A DNA stretch of 61,466 nucleotides, the filler included. It is 6 parts of 6 records of this genome, joined end to end, with 100 filler letters (N's around TTAATTAATTAA, not from the genome) between each part and the next. Parts side by side here need not be neighbours in the genome. Positions count along the whole stretch, not along the records: positions 10,895 to 28,136 come from DRR723986_27672; 5 more parts are not named here. The stretch is one strand, 5' to 3'. The translations under genes were made by a program, and so were the position numbers. A model generated the notes under the pieces. It was not told the origin of the DNA. It saw only the letters and a list, made by a program, of their open reading frames with translations, and made no database searches. How positions within the stretch are numbered: the first letter of the stretch is position 1; every line of letters starts with the position of its first letter. Below are positions 10,921-20,943 of this stretch, in pieces.

Positions 10921-11865
10921 CTAGACCTTTTCGAGTTCGCCTGAATCCTCGCGCTCCTTCATCTCCTTGAACGTCTTGTACTCATTGATGCCCTGCATCG
11001 GGACAGGGTTCCAGCGTGTGGCAAAGCCGCGAGGATATTCGCTGTCGCCGTCACGCCGGCCATCTTCAGACCAGATCAGCGGGATGTGGGATCCCATCGG
11101 TTTCTCGCCCTCCAGCATCTCGTCAAAGCTGACGCCGGCAAGGTTAACGCAGTCAGGACGCGGCGCCCAGCGGATGTCGTCGCCAAAGACGCGGATGGAA
11201 ATGGCGATGCGCCAGTCGTCGAGCGGATTGCCGCCGGAATAGTGGAGCGTCCAGGGGTGCACGATCAGAAGGTCGCCCGGCTCCATATCCCATTTGAGGA
11301 ATTTGACGGTCGGGTCATCGCGCAGCGGCTCACAGTCCGGATGCGGGACGCGGTCGTTTGGTTTGATCATCTTCCGTGCATTCGGCGAGAAGAGCCAGTA
11401 TTTGACATCCTGGTCATGAGAGCCCGCGATACATTCGAGGCTGTTTTCCGTGGTGATCTTCGTCAGTGGCATCCAGATCGACGGCACCATCATTCCGGTT
11501 ACGGGCCAGCCCATCCGGTCTGTATGCCAGATCGTCTTCTGGTCGGTTCGTGGCGGCTTGGCAAAGAACTCATCGAAGAAGAAACGGATTTCTTTCGACT
11601 GCAATACCTGTCCGGCGACTTCGCCGAGCGGGCTTTCGAAGATGAGCTTGCGATACTCGGGAATACAGCGGGCAAGATATCGACCCGGCATGGTTGGAAG
11701 GAGTCCGAAGTCCTCGCGATCGACGACAATCCGGCGGGCGATGTCAATGAGACTGTCGATCCAGTCCTTGTCGAAGACCTGCCGCAAGCAGACCACGCCG
11801 TCGCGATTGTAGGTGTCGATCTCTTCCTGTGTGACCGGACGGATCGGGTGTGTGTTGAACGGCAT
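10921..11865 (-). CDS. Phytanoyl-CoA dioxygenase (PhyH) family Fe(II)/2-oxoglutarate oxygenase
   Basis: YNRDGVVCLRQV start, FAKPP...WHTD (HxD), GSH, MEPGDLLIVHPWTLHYS (distal His) and RIAIS. Confidence 0.85.
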   Translation of the reverse strand: MPFNTHPIRPVTQEEIDTYNRDGVVCLRQVFDKDWIDSLIDIARRIVVDREDFGLLPTMPGRYLARCIPEYRKLIFESPLGEVAGQVLQSKEIRFFFDEFFAKPPRTDQKTIWHTDRMGWPVTGMMVPSIWMPLTKITTENSLECIAGSHDQDVKYWLFSPNARKMIKPNDRVPHPDCEPLRDDPTVKFLKWDMEPGDLLIVHPWTLHYSGGNPLDDWRIAISIRVFGDDIRWAPRPDCVNLAGVSFDEMLEGEKPMGSHIPLIWSEDGRRDGDSEYPRGFATRWNPVPMQGINEYKTFKEMKEREDSGELEKV

Positions 11866-11913
11866 GGGGACCTCCTATTAGAGTTGACGCGCCCAGACTA
11901 CCCGTTCGAATGG

Positions 11914-11928
11914 TTATATCAAATATAA
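11914..11928. promoter_or_regulatory. Putative LysR operator (TTATA-N5-TATAA, contains T-N11-A)
   Basis: Dyad in the AT-rich divergent spacer between the dioxygenase and lysR. Confidence 0.5.
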
Positions 11929-11965
11929 TAAGTAGATTATTTATGCGTTTCAGTTATAAGTAATC

Positions 11966-12862
11966 ATGGATTTGAGGCAGTTACGGCACTTTGTTGCGCT
12001 CGCCGATGAGGGCAGTTTCTCGACGGCGTGTGAGACGGTCTCGATCAGTCAGCCTGCGCTCACCCGGAGTATCAAGCTGCTGGAAGAGCGGTTGGGGGTG
12101 GTTCTGTTCGACCGCTCTACGCGTCATGTAAAAATGACCGAAGTTGGCCAAGCGCTTTACGGCCGAGCAAAACTTATCCTGAATGAGGCGAAAGCTGCCG
12201 AACAGGACGTCGCGGACATCAGCCGCCGGGTGAGGCCCATCCAGCTTGGTCTCGCGCCCATGTTCGCGACCAGCATTCTGCCAGCCGCCATCACTACGTT
12301 TTCGCAGGCCAACAGCGACATCGAAATCGAGGTGACCAGCGCTCTGTTCGATACGCTTTCGGACGGTGTCTTGCAGGGCGATCTCGACCTTGCTTTCAGC
12401 AATCTGCCATATTCGCGGCTTGACCCGGCGCTGTCAGATGAGACGCTTGTCGATGTGGATGTGGTCTATCTTGCCAGCGCGTTCCACCCGCTTGCCCATC
12501 AGCGCGAGACGTCTTTCGCGGACGTCATGTCTTACCCCTGGGCGGTAATCGACGAGACCCATGCAAATGATCTCTACGGCTACATCCTTTCGAGCCGCGG
12601 CGAGTCGCGCTCGCCGATACGCGTTCGAACCAACTCGCTCAGCCTTTTGAAGGCGCTCGTGCAAACGCCGCCCTGGATCACGCTTTTGCCACGCCATATG
12701 GTTCGGGACGAACTCGAAGCAGGATTGGTCTGCCAGCTCCAGGTGTCCGGCGATCCGGTGCAGAGACGCGGCGGACTGATTTATCGCCGTTCGCGCCTGA
12801 AGGACCGTCATGTCGCAGCGCTGGCGTCAGCGATCCGTGAGGCTTGCCGGGTTCAGTCCTAG
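11966..12862 (+). CDS. LysR family transcriptional regulator
   Basis: MDLRQLRHFVALADEGSFS...ISQPALTRSIKLLEERLGVVLFDRSTR HTH; ~300 aa. Confidence 0.95.
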   Translation: MDLRQLRHFVALADEGSFSTACETVSISQPALTRSIKLLEERLGVVLFDRSTRHVKMTEVGQALYGRAKLILNEAKAAEQDVADISRRVRPIQLGLAPMFATSILPAAITTFSQANSDIEIEVTSALFDTLSDGVLQGDLDLAFSNLPYSRLDPALSDETLVDVDVVYLASAFHPLAHQRETSFADVMSYPWAVIDETHANDLYGYILSSRGESRSPIRVRTNSLSLLKALVQTPPWITLLPRHMVRDELEAGLVCQLQVSGDPVQRRGGLIYRRSRLKDRHVAALASAIREACRVQS

Positions 12863-13932
12863 GTCTTTGTCGCGATGATCGACTGCAAGAACGGGTTCGA
12901 CGTTTTCGGGCCTTCTTCGAGTTTGAACCCTGTCTCTTCAAGCAGGCCGAGGAAATTGCTTTCAACGAAATCGATCGAATACGGCTCGCAATTGTTGCGT
13001 GAGTCGTAATCGATCAGGAAACGCTGCGCTGGTGGCAATTGCACACCGTAATTGTTCGGGAACTCGAAGATCGTGAACGTCCCGCCTGGACGCAGGATCC
13101 GGTACATTTCCTGAACGACGCGCGGAATGATGTCGATCGGAAGCTCGTGGAACAGAATGTAGGAGAACACGGCGTCAAAGCTGTCGGCATCATAGCCAGT
13201 CTCTTCCGCGAGACCCTGCTGGAATGTCACGTCAATGCCTCGATCCACGGCGCACATATGCGCGTATCGCAACAAGGGAAGGGCGACATCGAGACCGATT
13301 ACTTCAGCATCAGGATTGTTCTGCTTCAGGTGCATCGTCGCCTGTCCGATGCTGCATCCGATATCCAGGATACGATCGAGCTTGCCTTCAGGCTTGGCGA
13401 GCAGCCCTGCAAGTTCGCCATGATGCTCGTCCTGATTGTTGTAGCCTTCGTAGAAGACCTTGGTGCCATAATGGAAGACAAGGCCGCCGAGCGGATCGTC
13501 GGTATAACCGCCCGGCTGCAAGTGGATTTCCTGGCGTGCATAGGCCGGCGTGTTGAAGGCCTCGTCGTACAGTAGCTTGCCGGGACCCTTGGTTTCCGCA
13601 TCCGCAAGGGCCTGCATGTGATCGCCAGCTTCCCTCATGAAGGACTGGCGGGTCCGGCGCCACATCATTTCCTGTTGTGATCTGACGCCGCGCTGCCAGA
13701 CCCGAGCCAGTGGAATGTCGCGCATCACGGATTTGATATCGTCGAGATTATCTGAATTGTCGGCAGTCCCAGCGTCGTCCTTCCATTCGCGATAGCGATT
13801 TTCGCCTGCGACGGCGAACGCTGGAAACATGTCCTGGATCAGCAGTTTCCGGACTGACTCGACATAGTCGAGATAACTTTCGTCGGCGAGTTTCGTTGGT
13901 CGGGGAAGATAGCCCAGATGTCCACGGCTCAT
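12859..13932 (-). CDS. Class I SAM-dependent methyltransferase with N-terminal extension
   Basis: ILDIGCSIG motif I, VIGLD, FDAVFSYILFHE, RILRPGG. Confidence 0.88.
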   Translation of the reverse strand: MSRGHLGYLPRPTKLADESYLDYVESVRKLLIQDMFPAFAVAGENRYREWKDDAGTADNSDNLDDIKSVMRDIPLARVWQRGVRSQQEMMWRRTRQSFMREAGDHMQALADAETKGPGKLLYDEAFNTPAYARQEIHLQPGGYTDDPLGGLVFHYGTKVFYEGYNNQDEHHGELAGLLAKPEGKLDRILDIGCSIGQATMHLKQNNPDAEVIGLDVALPLLRYAHMCAVDRGIDVTFQQGLAEETGYDADSFDAVFSYILFHELPIDIIPRVVQEMYRILRPGGTFTIFEFPNNYGVQLPPAQRFLIDYDSRNNCEPYSIDFVESNFLGLLEETGFKLEEGPKTSNPFLQSIIATKT

Positions 13933-13952
13933 TGGTCAGTCTCCTTGATGTG

Positions 13953-14309
13953 TTAGTCCTCGATGTTCCTCAGCGACGGATCGTCAGGCGTTTTGGCAGC
14001 CTTCTTGTCGGGTCGGCGCAGGAAGCTCCCGAAAATTCGCGCTGTGATTTCGTCGCGTTCAGCTAGCCGTTCCGCAAGGTCTTCTTCGGTCGGGACGTAA
14101 GCTTCGATCGCCTCGCTCACAGATATGCCCTTCTGCGCGAGCACTTTTTCGAGGATGATCTGCCGGTCGCGCACGGCCCATAGTGAGGCCGAGAGTTCGA
14201 GCATCGCGTCGAACATATTGTCGATCACAACATCATCGAAATAGGCCCTGCCCGGCCCACCGATTTCAATTCCGAGATCTTCTGGAACGTCAGTCTGTGA
14301 TTTGCTCAT
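13953..14309 (-). CDS. Small helical hypothetical protein, likely partner of the methyltransferase
   Basis: 118 aa, protein-like composition, co-oriented and 20 bp upstream of the methyltransferase. Confidence 0.7.
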   Translation of the reverse strand: MSKSQTDVPEDLGIEIGGPGRAYFDDVVIDNMFDAMLELSASLWAVRDRQIILEKVLAQKGISVSEAIEAYVPTEEDLAERLAERDEITARIFGSFLRRPDKKAAKTPDDPSLRNIED

Positions 14310-14378
14310 GAGCTGAAACTATTCCCGCCAACGCCGCACTCAAATAACAAGCGATTGTTTAGCCGCACGGTGATCATA

Positions 14379-15545
14379 TCAAACAGGCGCGGTTGCTGGA
14401 TCATAGCGGAAAATGCCGAGGGCATCTTCGTTTTCCACCGGTTTGTCGCGCAAAACATAAGGGTCCAGCGACTGCAAACGCTCGCCTCCGAGATTGGATT
14501 CTCGCTGAAGAAAGCTGACCCGCTCGATGCGGGACTGGTTAAACCGGCGAAACGCGTTTGCAGCATCTGGTGCTTGCTCGAAGCTGCGCGCAAGCATGAC
14601 ACCATCTTCAACGGAAGACGAGGCGCCCTGACCAAACCAGGGCAGCATGGGGTGACCCGCGTCGCCAATCAGCAGCGCGCTTTCCTTGTGTAACTGCTCA
14701 AGCGGTTGTCGCGCAAACAGACCCCACCGGAACACGCTGGACTGCGGGATGGCGGCAACGAGTTCGGTCACACGCGCGTGCCAGCCTTGAAATGCTGCGA
14801 GAACATCTTCGCTGCGGGCCGGCACCGACCAGCCTTCTTCAACCCAGTCTTCGGCGCGTGCAAAGCCGACAAAATTGACCAGTTCCTGCCCCCGGACAGG
14901 ATAGCAGACGCAGGTCTTTCCCGGGCCGACCCAGACATGTGAAGCTGCCTCGCTATACCAGGGGTCAATTGTGTCAGCAGGGATGAGCGCCCGCCACGCC
15001 TGATGGCCAGTGAATGTCGGTGTGTCAGCCACAAAGAGTTGATCCCGAACCGTGGATCGCAGGCCGTCTGCGCCGATGACTGCCTCCGTCTCGGCGTTTT
15101 GCCCATTCTCGAAACTTAGCCGATAGACCCCGTCCTCTGTCTCGATTGTCTTCAGTCGGGCATCCAGCTCAATGCAGTCGGGATCGATCGCCCGGATGCG
15201 CCGGACGAGCTCGGCGTGAAAGTCGGCGCGATGGATTTGATAGTAGGCTGCGCCGTATTGCTCTCTGACATTGCGGCGATCTATTGCCACCAGTGTTTCA
15301 TTCGTCTCGCCGTGATGAGTGTATTGCCAGAGAGGAATGTTGGCCTCGGTTTCCATGAAGTCGAGCATGCCGAGCCATGACAGGCCGAGCGCTGCGTTCG
15401 GTGTTATGGAAAGACCGGCGCCGACCTCGCCGAGTTCTGGCGCTTGCTCGAAGACCGAAACCTTACGGCCGCTGCGAAGCAAACCAAGCGCAGCGCTGAG
15501 CCCGCCGATGCCTGCACCAATGATTGCAATATTGTCTGTTGCCAT
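14379..15545 (-). CDS. Group A FAD-dependent monooxygenase (salicylate hydroxylase/NicC-like)
   Basis: IIGAGIGGL, EVGAGLSITPNA, IHRADF, IGADGLRS, LIGDAGHPMLPWFGQGA; start moved to MATDN at 15545. Confidence 0.9.
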   Translation of the reverse strand: MATDNIAIIGAGIGGLSAALGLLRSGRKVSVFEQAPELGEVGAGLSITPNAALGLSWLGMLDFMETEANIPLWQYTHHGETNETLVAIDRRNVREQYGAAYYQIHRADFHAELVRRIRAIDPDCIELDARLKTIETEDGVYRLSFENGQNAETEAVIGADGLRSTVRDQLFVADTPTFTGHQAWRALIPADTIDPWYSEAASHVWVGPGKTCVCYPVRGQELVNFVGFARAEDWVEEGWSVPARSEDVLAAFQGWHARVTELVAAIPQSSVFRWGLFARQPLEQLHKESALLIGDAGHPMLPWFGQGASSSVEDGVMLARSFEQAPDAANAFRRFNQSRIERVSFLQRESNLGGERLQSLDPYVLRDKPVENEDALGIFRYDPATAPV

Positions 15546-15685
15546 GAGGGCTCCGGTTTGATGCCGCGATATTAGGCGGACGCGCACAATCCGCGTCACT
15601 TGGCGTGCGCAGCTAATCACAGAACGGATAGACAGCACGTGCGGCCATCCCAAACGCATCACACTTGAATTAGGGTCAAGGCCAA

Positions 15686-17059
15686 TTGAAGAGCGAGGAC
15701 GAGACAGTGGACGCATCTGTGGCTGACCGCCCCCAAGCTGAAAACAGTGTACCGATTGGCGGGCCTTATGCCTGGTTTGTGGTCTTCGTACTCTGCCTCG
15801 CCGCCATCGTCGGTTATGTCGATCGCCAGGTGATCAATCTGCTGGTCGATCCGATCAAGGCCGATCTTGGTATCAACGACACTCAGATCGGCCTGCTGCA
15901 GGGGTTTTCCTTTGTCCTGATCTATGCGGTGCTCGCCATTCCCGTTGCGTGGCTTGCTGACTTCGGTCGGCGCACCACTGTTATTATTGCAGGCATACTG
16001 TGTTGGTCGCTCGCGACATTTTCGTGTGGTCTGGCGACGACGTTCATCCTTATGTTTATCGCGAGGGCGTTTGTCGGGATGGGCGAGGTGACGCTGTCGC
16101 CCTCGGGCTACTCTCTGATCGGGGACTATTTTCCGAAAGAGCGTGTCGGCCTGGCAATCAGCTTCTTCACGGGGTCAGGCTTTCTTGGCTCCGGGCTCGC
16201 CTACATGATCGGCGGTGCGATTGTCGGCGCACTCAACGAACATGAGACCTATGTTCTGCCGTTGCTGGGCGAGCTCAAGCCCTGGCAGCTGGTCTTCATG
16301 ATTGTTGCTGTGCCGGGACTGCTACTCGCCCTGATCATGCTTCTGGTGAAGGAGCCGCCTCGCCGGTCTGTCGTCGAGACTGAATCGATCAAATCAGCAC
16401 GTCAGTCCTTCGTGGCCCTGTTCCGTCATATTGCGAGCAATGCGCGCCTGTTCACAGGGCTGATCATTGGCTTCTCCCTGATGGCGGCAGCGACCTACGC
16501 TATTGTCAGCTGGGTACCAGCCTTCCTGTCCCGGGTGCATGACTGGTCGCCTGAGCGGGTCGGTGCGCAATTTGGTATCATCCTTCTCATTGCCAGCACC
16601 AGCGGCGTATTCACAGGAGGCTTCGTCGCATCCGAACTCATGCGGCGCGGCGTGGCAGCGGCCAATGTCATCGTCGCAGTTGCGGCTGGTCTGCTGGCGA
16701 TTGTGTTCGCCATCGCATTTCCGCTCGTCTCAACCGGCGAGTTGGCTTTGATCCTGCTGGCGCCAGCCCTGTTCTTCGCGGCCATGCCTTTCGGCTGCGG
16801 AACGGCGACGCTGCCGCTGGTGACACCAAACCGGTTGAGGGCGCAGGTTGTGGCGATCTACCTCCTGGTGGCAAACCTTCTCGGCCTGACACTTGGGCCG
16901 ACAGGGGTGGGTCTGATCACAGATTTCGTCTTCCGGGACGAAACCATGGTGAATGTTTCCCTCGCCATCGCGGCGCCTGTCCTCCTGATCGCTGGAGCAC
17001 TGATAGCGGCATTGGCGATCGCGCCCTACCGCAAGCTCATAGAAGAGTCTGACGACTAG
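15686..17059 (+). CDS. MFS transporter (spinster-like)
   Basis: ~12 TM segments; YVDRQVINLLVDPIKADLGINDTQIGLL; ARAFVGMGE. Confidence 0.9.
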   Translation: MKSEDETVDASVADRPQAENSVPIGGPYAWFVVFVLCLAAIVGYVDRQVINLLVDPIKADLGINDTQIGLLQGFSFVLIYAVLAIPVAWLADFGRRTTVIIAGILCWSLATFSCGLATTFILMFIARAFVGMGEVTLSPSGYSLIGDYFPKERVGLAISFFTGSGFLGSGLAYMIGGAIVGALNEHETYVLPLLGELKPWQLVFMIVAVPGLLLALIMLLVKEPPRRSVVETESIKSARQSFVALFRHIASNARLFTGLIIGFSLMAAATYAIVSWVPAFLSRVHDWSPERVGAQFGIILLIASTSGVFTGGFVASELMRRGVAAANVIVAVAAGLLAIVFAIAFPLVSTGELALILLAPALFFAAMPFGCGTATLPLVTPNRLRAQVVAIYLLVANLLGLTLGPTGVGLITDFVFRDETMVNVSLAIAAPVLLIAGALIAALAIAPYRKLIEESDD

Positions 17060-17155
17060 TTCTCACCAGACGATCAAAGCCCCAGCCCATCGGCGCCTAA
17101 CGCCACAGCACGCCATAATGGGATGTCAAATGCGTTGAAGCTCAAGAGGGTCTAT

Positions 17156-18637
17156 ATGTCTCTGGTCGAAATCCCGAAGGCGGCTGCCTCATTCCTGGAC
17201 AGGGTCCACAGTCACTTTATCGATGGTGCGTCAGTGAAGGCGACAGGCGCGTCGCGCATCGACGTGCGAGATCCGTCGACAGGCGAGGTGATTTCCTCGA
17301 TTGCCGATGCCAGCGAAGCAGATGTCGACGCGGCCGTCGCGTCGGCGCGCAAGGCGTTTGAAGGCGGAGACTGGCCCGCCTTGAAACCAAGTGCGCGGGC
17401 CCGGCTCATCCACCGCTTTGCTGATCTGATCGAGCAACATGCCGATGAGCTGGCCATGCTTGAATCGCTTGATGGCGGAAAGCCGATCGCCATGGCCAAG
17501 CCCGTCGATGTGATGGCGACGGTCGGCGCGTTTCGCTACTATGCGGGATGGGCCGACAAGATCCATGGCACGACAAATACGCTGAACATGGATGGCGAAC
17601 ATCATGCCTATACGTTGAAAGAGCCAGTGGGCGTCGCTGCCCTGATCGTCCCGTGGAATTATCCGCTGGTCATGGCAGGCATGAAGCTCGCGCCAGCGCT
17701 CGCGGCAGGCTGTACCTGCGTGCTGAAACCGGCCGAAGACACGCCGATTACGGCACTCCGGCTTGCCGAACTTGCCATCGAAGCTGGCTTCCCGCCTGGG
17801 GTTTTCAATGTGCTGACCGGGCACGGGCATACAGCAGGGCAGTGGTTGGCCCAACATCCGAACGTCGACAAGGTGGCCTTCACCGGTTCAACGGCGACCG
17901 GCAAGAAAATCATCGCCAGCGCAGCGGGCAATCTGAAGAAGGTGACGCTGGAGCTCGGAGGCAAATCTCCCAATATCATCTTTCCTGACGCGAACCTCGA
18001 AAAGGCAATTCCAGCCTCCGCGATGGGAATTTTCTTCAATACCGGTCAGGTCTGCACGGCTGCCTCGAGGATGTTTGCCCATGAGGATGTCTACGACCAG
18101 GTCGTTGATGGAATCGCCGGTGTGGCCCAGGCCCTGAAGGTCGGTCATAGCCGGGACATGGAGTCTGTTCTCGGACCGCTCGTTTCACATGCTCACCTCC
18201 AGCGTGTGGAAAGCTATATTGATAGTGGGCGGTCCGAGGGCGGCGACGTTATCTGCGGGGGCAACCGCCTGGGTGAGACCGGATATTTTGTTGCTCCGAC
18301 GGTGATCGCTAATGTGAACCCGGACATGAAGGTCGTGCGCGAGGAAATATTCGGGCCGGTCCTCGTCGTGCAGAAATTCACAGACACAGATGAGGTCATC
18401 GCGGCGGCTAATGATACCGAATATGGACTGTCATCAGCAGTCTGGACGCAGGATGTCTCGACCTCTCACTATGTCGCCCGCCGGCTCAGGACTGGGCAAG
18501 TTGGTGTGAATTGCGCGGCCGTGGCGGATTGGGACCTTCCAATTGGCGGTTACAAACAGTCTGGTTGGGGCCGCGAGAACGGCTTTGACGGGATTTCTAA
18601 CTATCTGCAAACCAAAGCGGTTGCTGTCGCGATCTAG
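17156..18637 (+). CDS. NAD(P)-dependent aldehyde dehydrogenase (phenylacetaldehyde DH-like)
   Basis: PWNYP, FTGST, LELGGKSP, FNTGQVC (catalytic Cys), EEIFGPV, GGYKQSGWGRE; start set at the ATG after the GAGGG RBS. Confidence 0.95.
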   Translation: MSLVEIPKAAASFLDRVHSHFIDGASVKATGASRIDVRDPSTGEVISSIADASEADVDAAVASARKAFEGGDWPALKPSARARLIHRFADLIEQHADELAMLESLDGGKPIAMAKPVDVMATVGAFRYYAGWADKIHGTTNTLNMDGEHHAYTLKEPVGVAALIVPWNYPLVMAGMKLAPALAAGCTCVLKPAEDTPITALRLAELAIEAGFPPGVFNVLTGHGHTAGQWLAQHPNVDKVAFTGSTATGKKIIASAAGNLKKVTLELGGKSPNIIFPDANLEKAIPASAMGIFFNTGQVCTAASRMFAHEDVYDQVVDGIAGVAQALKVGHSRDMESVLGPLVSHAHLQRVESYIDSGRSEGGDVICGGNRLGETGYFVAPTVIANVNPDMKVVREEIFGPVLVVQKFTDTDEVIAAANDTEYGLSSAVWTQDVSTSHYVARRLRTGQVGVNCAAVADWDLPIGGYKQSGWGRENGFDGISNYLQTKAVAVAI

Positions 18638-18648
18638 GAGCTGCCTCG

Positions 18649-19440
18649 ATGGAACGCCACTACGACATTGGCGATGCAGAACTTTATACCAAGACGCTAG
18701 GCGAGGGTGAGCCACTATTTCTGGTGGCAGGCCTCGGCGGGCGGCATGAATTCTGGCAAAAGCAGGCCGAAGCCTTTGCAAAGCACTTCAAGGTCATCCT
18801 CCACGATCATAGAGGCGTTGGACGCTCGACGCCTGACAAGACGGTTCTCGGTGGCGAGCACATGGCAGATGATCTCATCGCTCTGATGGACGCAATGAAG
18901 ATCAAATCAGCCCACCTGGTTGGCCATTCCACTGGCGGGGCCATCGGGCAGCATATTGCCCTGAAGGATCCGAAGAAGATCGACAAGCTGGTCCTGTCGT
19001 GCAGCTGGGCCGGCCCTGACGCTTATTTCCAGCATCTGTTTCACACCCGGCGGCAGATCCTCATTTCCTGCGGACCGGAAGCCTATCTGACGACAGGAAC
19101 ATATCTCGCGACACCAAGCTGGCACCTCCGTGACCAGATGACATCATCGCGGTCTTTCCTTGCCGACCGGATGGCCAATTTTCCGGGCCTTGAAGTCGAA
19201 CTGAGCAGGCTGTCTGCCGTAATGTCCCATGATCTGCGCTCGCGTATACAAAACATTTCCCACGAGACGTTCGTGATCGGGGCGCGGGATGACCAGATCA
19301 CACCATTTGGTTTTTCCGAGGAGCTTGCCGAAAAGATACCAAATGCCACCCTGCATTGCCTCGACAGGGGCGGGCATTTCTGCCCCATGGCAAATTCGCG
19401 CGCCTATAATGCGGCGGTGCTGAAATTTCTCCGAAGCTAA
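18649..19440 (+). CDS. Alpha/beta hydrolase, RutD-like
   Basis: GLGG...FW..Q, DHRGVGRS, GHSTGG nucleophile elbow, ARDD and GGH. Confidence 0.85.
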   Translation: MERHYDIGDAELYTKTLGEGEPLFLVAGLGGRHEFWQKQAEAFAKHFKVILHDHRGVGRSTPDKTVLGGEHMADDLIALMDAMKIKSAHLVGHSTGGAIGQHIALKDPKKIDKLVLSCSWAGPDAYFQHLFHTRRQILISCGPEAYLTTGTYLATPSWHLRDQMTSSRSFLADRMANFPGLEVELSRLSAVMSHDLRSRIQNISHETFVIGARDDQITPFGFSEELAEKIPNATLHCLDRGGHFCPMANSRAYNAAVLKFLRS

Positions 19441-19455
19441 GCAGAGGATGAAGAC

Positions 19456-19938
19456 ATGCCTGAGATGAAATCACTTGTTATTGGCCCGGATGATGGGGAG
19501 TCCTGGTGGCAGCCCATGCCATCGCGCGGCTTTGTGAACACCTACATTACGCCTGAGAACAATCCGTATCACGACTTCAGTTCAGGCATTCAGGTGCTGC
19601 CGCCGGGGTGCGAGGTCCGCGAGCATGGGCACACGATCAATCACGAGCTCATCTTCGTCTACAAGGGGACTGGGGAAATCCATATCGACGGCAAGGTCAA
19701 CGAGGTTGGCCCGGGCTGTACGGTACTTTTTGCCGACAATGAGACCCACATCATCCGTAATACCGGCGATGAAGACATGCACATGTTCTGGGTGTTCATG
19801 CCCCCGCGCCTCGAGGAATGGTTCCGCGCGATCGGCAAGCCGAGGCAACCGGGTGAACCAATGCCTGAAGCCTTTCCTCGCCCGGAAGGCACGGCGGCGG
19901 CGATGGACTTCCAGCGGTTCATCAAGCCAAAGGCCTGA
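19456..19938 (+). CDS. Cupin domain protein
   Basis: PPG..VREHGH...HE...G.G motif 1 and H.I.N.G motif 2. Confidence 0.88.
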   Translation: MPEMKSLVIGPDDGESWWQPMPSRGFVNTYITPENNPYHDFSSGIQVLPPGCEVREHGHTINHELIFVYKGTGEIHIDGKVNEVGPGCTVLFADNETHIIRNTGDEDMHMFWVFMPPRLEEWFRAIGKPRQPGEPMPEAFPRPEGTAAAMDFQRFIKPKA

Positions 19939-19944
19939 GCTGTC

Positions 19945-20943
19945 ATGAAAATCATTACCGAGCGGATGGTGGAAACCCACCTGTCCCTTCCTGATTGTAT
20001 CGATGCGATGCGAGAGGCGATGACCTCAGTGTCTGCAGGCGAGGCGACGCTGCCGATCCGCCAGTTCATGCCGATCCCGAACGCGCCCGGCAAGATGGCG
20101 ATCATGCCGGGAACGACGGAGCGTCCGCAACGAACATTTGGGATAAAGCTGGTCTGCAAGTATGAACGCGCTGCAGACAGTGACCTTGGTACACATGTCG
20201 GAATGGTCCTCGTCTTTGATTCCGATCAGGGCGTGCCGCTCGCGATGATCGAAGGCGCGTCGCTGACCGCGATCAGGACGTCGGCGGCCAGCGCGCTCGC
20301 GACCGATCTGCTCGCCAGGCGTGAGACGCCGGTCCTGGCTATATTGGGCAATGGAGAACAGGCACATCGGCACGTCCGCGCCATGCTGGCGGTTCGTCAG
20401 CCGTCAGAGATCAGGATTTGGGGTCGCAATCTCGACCGCACCCGGGCATTCGCCGATAAGATCGGAGCGGAGACAGGCTTACCGGTAAACGCCGGCGAAA
20501 CAGCAGAGGCGGCGGTACGGGATGCAGATATCATTTGCACAACGACAGCATCGAAAACGCCGATCCTGAAAGGAGAGTGGCTCTCTGATGGCGCGCATGT
20601 GAACCTCGTAGGCGCAGCGATACCGACGAGTGCAGAAGCAGATCAGGACGTCGTCACGCGAAGCCGCTTCTACGTCGACTATTTTCCAGCCGCGATGGCC
20701 GCAGCCGGGGAGTTGCTCGACGCAATGACGGCCGGCGCTGTGACTGAAGATCATGTGATTGGGGAAATCGGCGCCGTGGCATCCGGTGCGTGCCCGGGCC
20801 GCTTATCGGATCGGGATATCACGGTCTACAAATCTCTAGGCGTATCGGCGCAGGACCTCGCGGCAGGTGCCAAACTCTACGAGCTCGCCTGCCGGGACGG
20901 GTTCGGTATCGACATCAATATGATGGATTATGACGGCAGCTGA
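19945..20943 (+). CDS. Ornithine cyclodeaminase/mu-crystallin family protein
   Basis: GIKLV, LTAIRTSAASALA, ILGNGEQA, ADIICTTT, YKSLGVSAQDL. Confidence 0.92.
   Translation: MKIITERMVETHLSLPDCIDAMREAMTSVSAGEATLPIRQFMPIPNAPGKMAIMPGTTERPQRTFGIKLVCKYERAADSDLGTHVGMVLVFDSDQGVPLAMIEGASLTAIRTSAASALATDLLARRETPVLAILGNGEQAHRHVRAMLAVRQPSEIRIWGRNLDRTRAFADKIGAETGLPVNAGETAEAAVRDADIICTTTASKTPILKGEWLSDGAHVNLVGAAIPTSAEADQDVVTRSRFYVDYFPAAMAAAGELLDAMTAGAVTEDHVIGEIGAVASGACPGRLSDRDITVYKSLGVSAQDLAAGAKLYELACRDGFGIDINMMDYDGS

Noticed and set aside
18649..19440. Calling the island a rut (pyrimidine), nic (nicotinate) or B6 degradation cluster
   Set aside because: Signature genes of each pathway are missing from the contig
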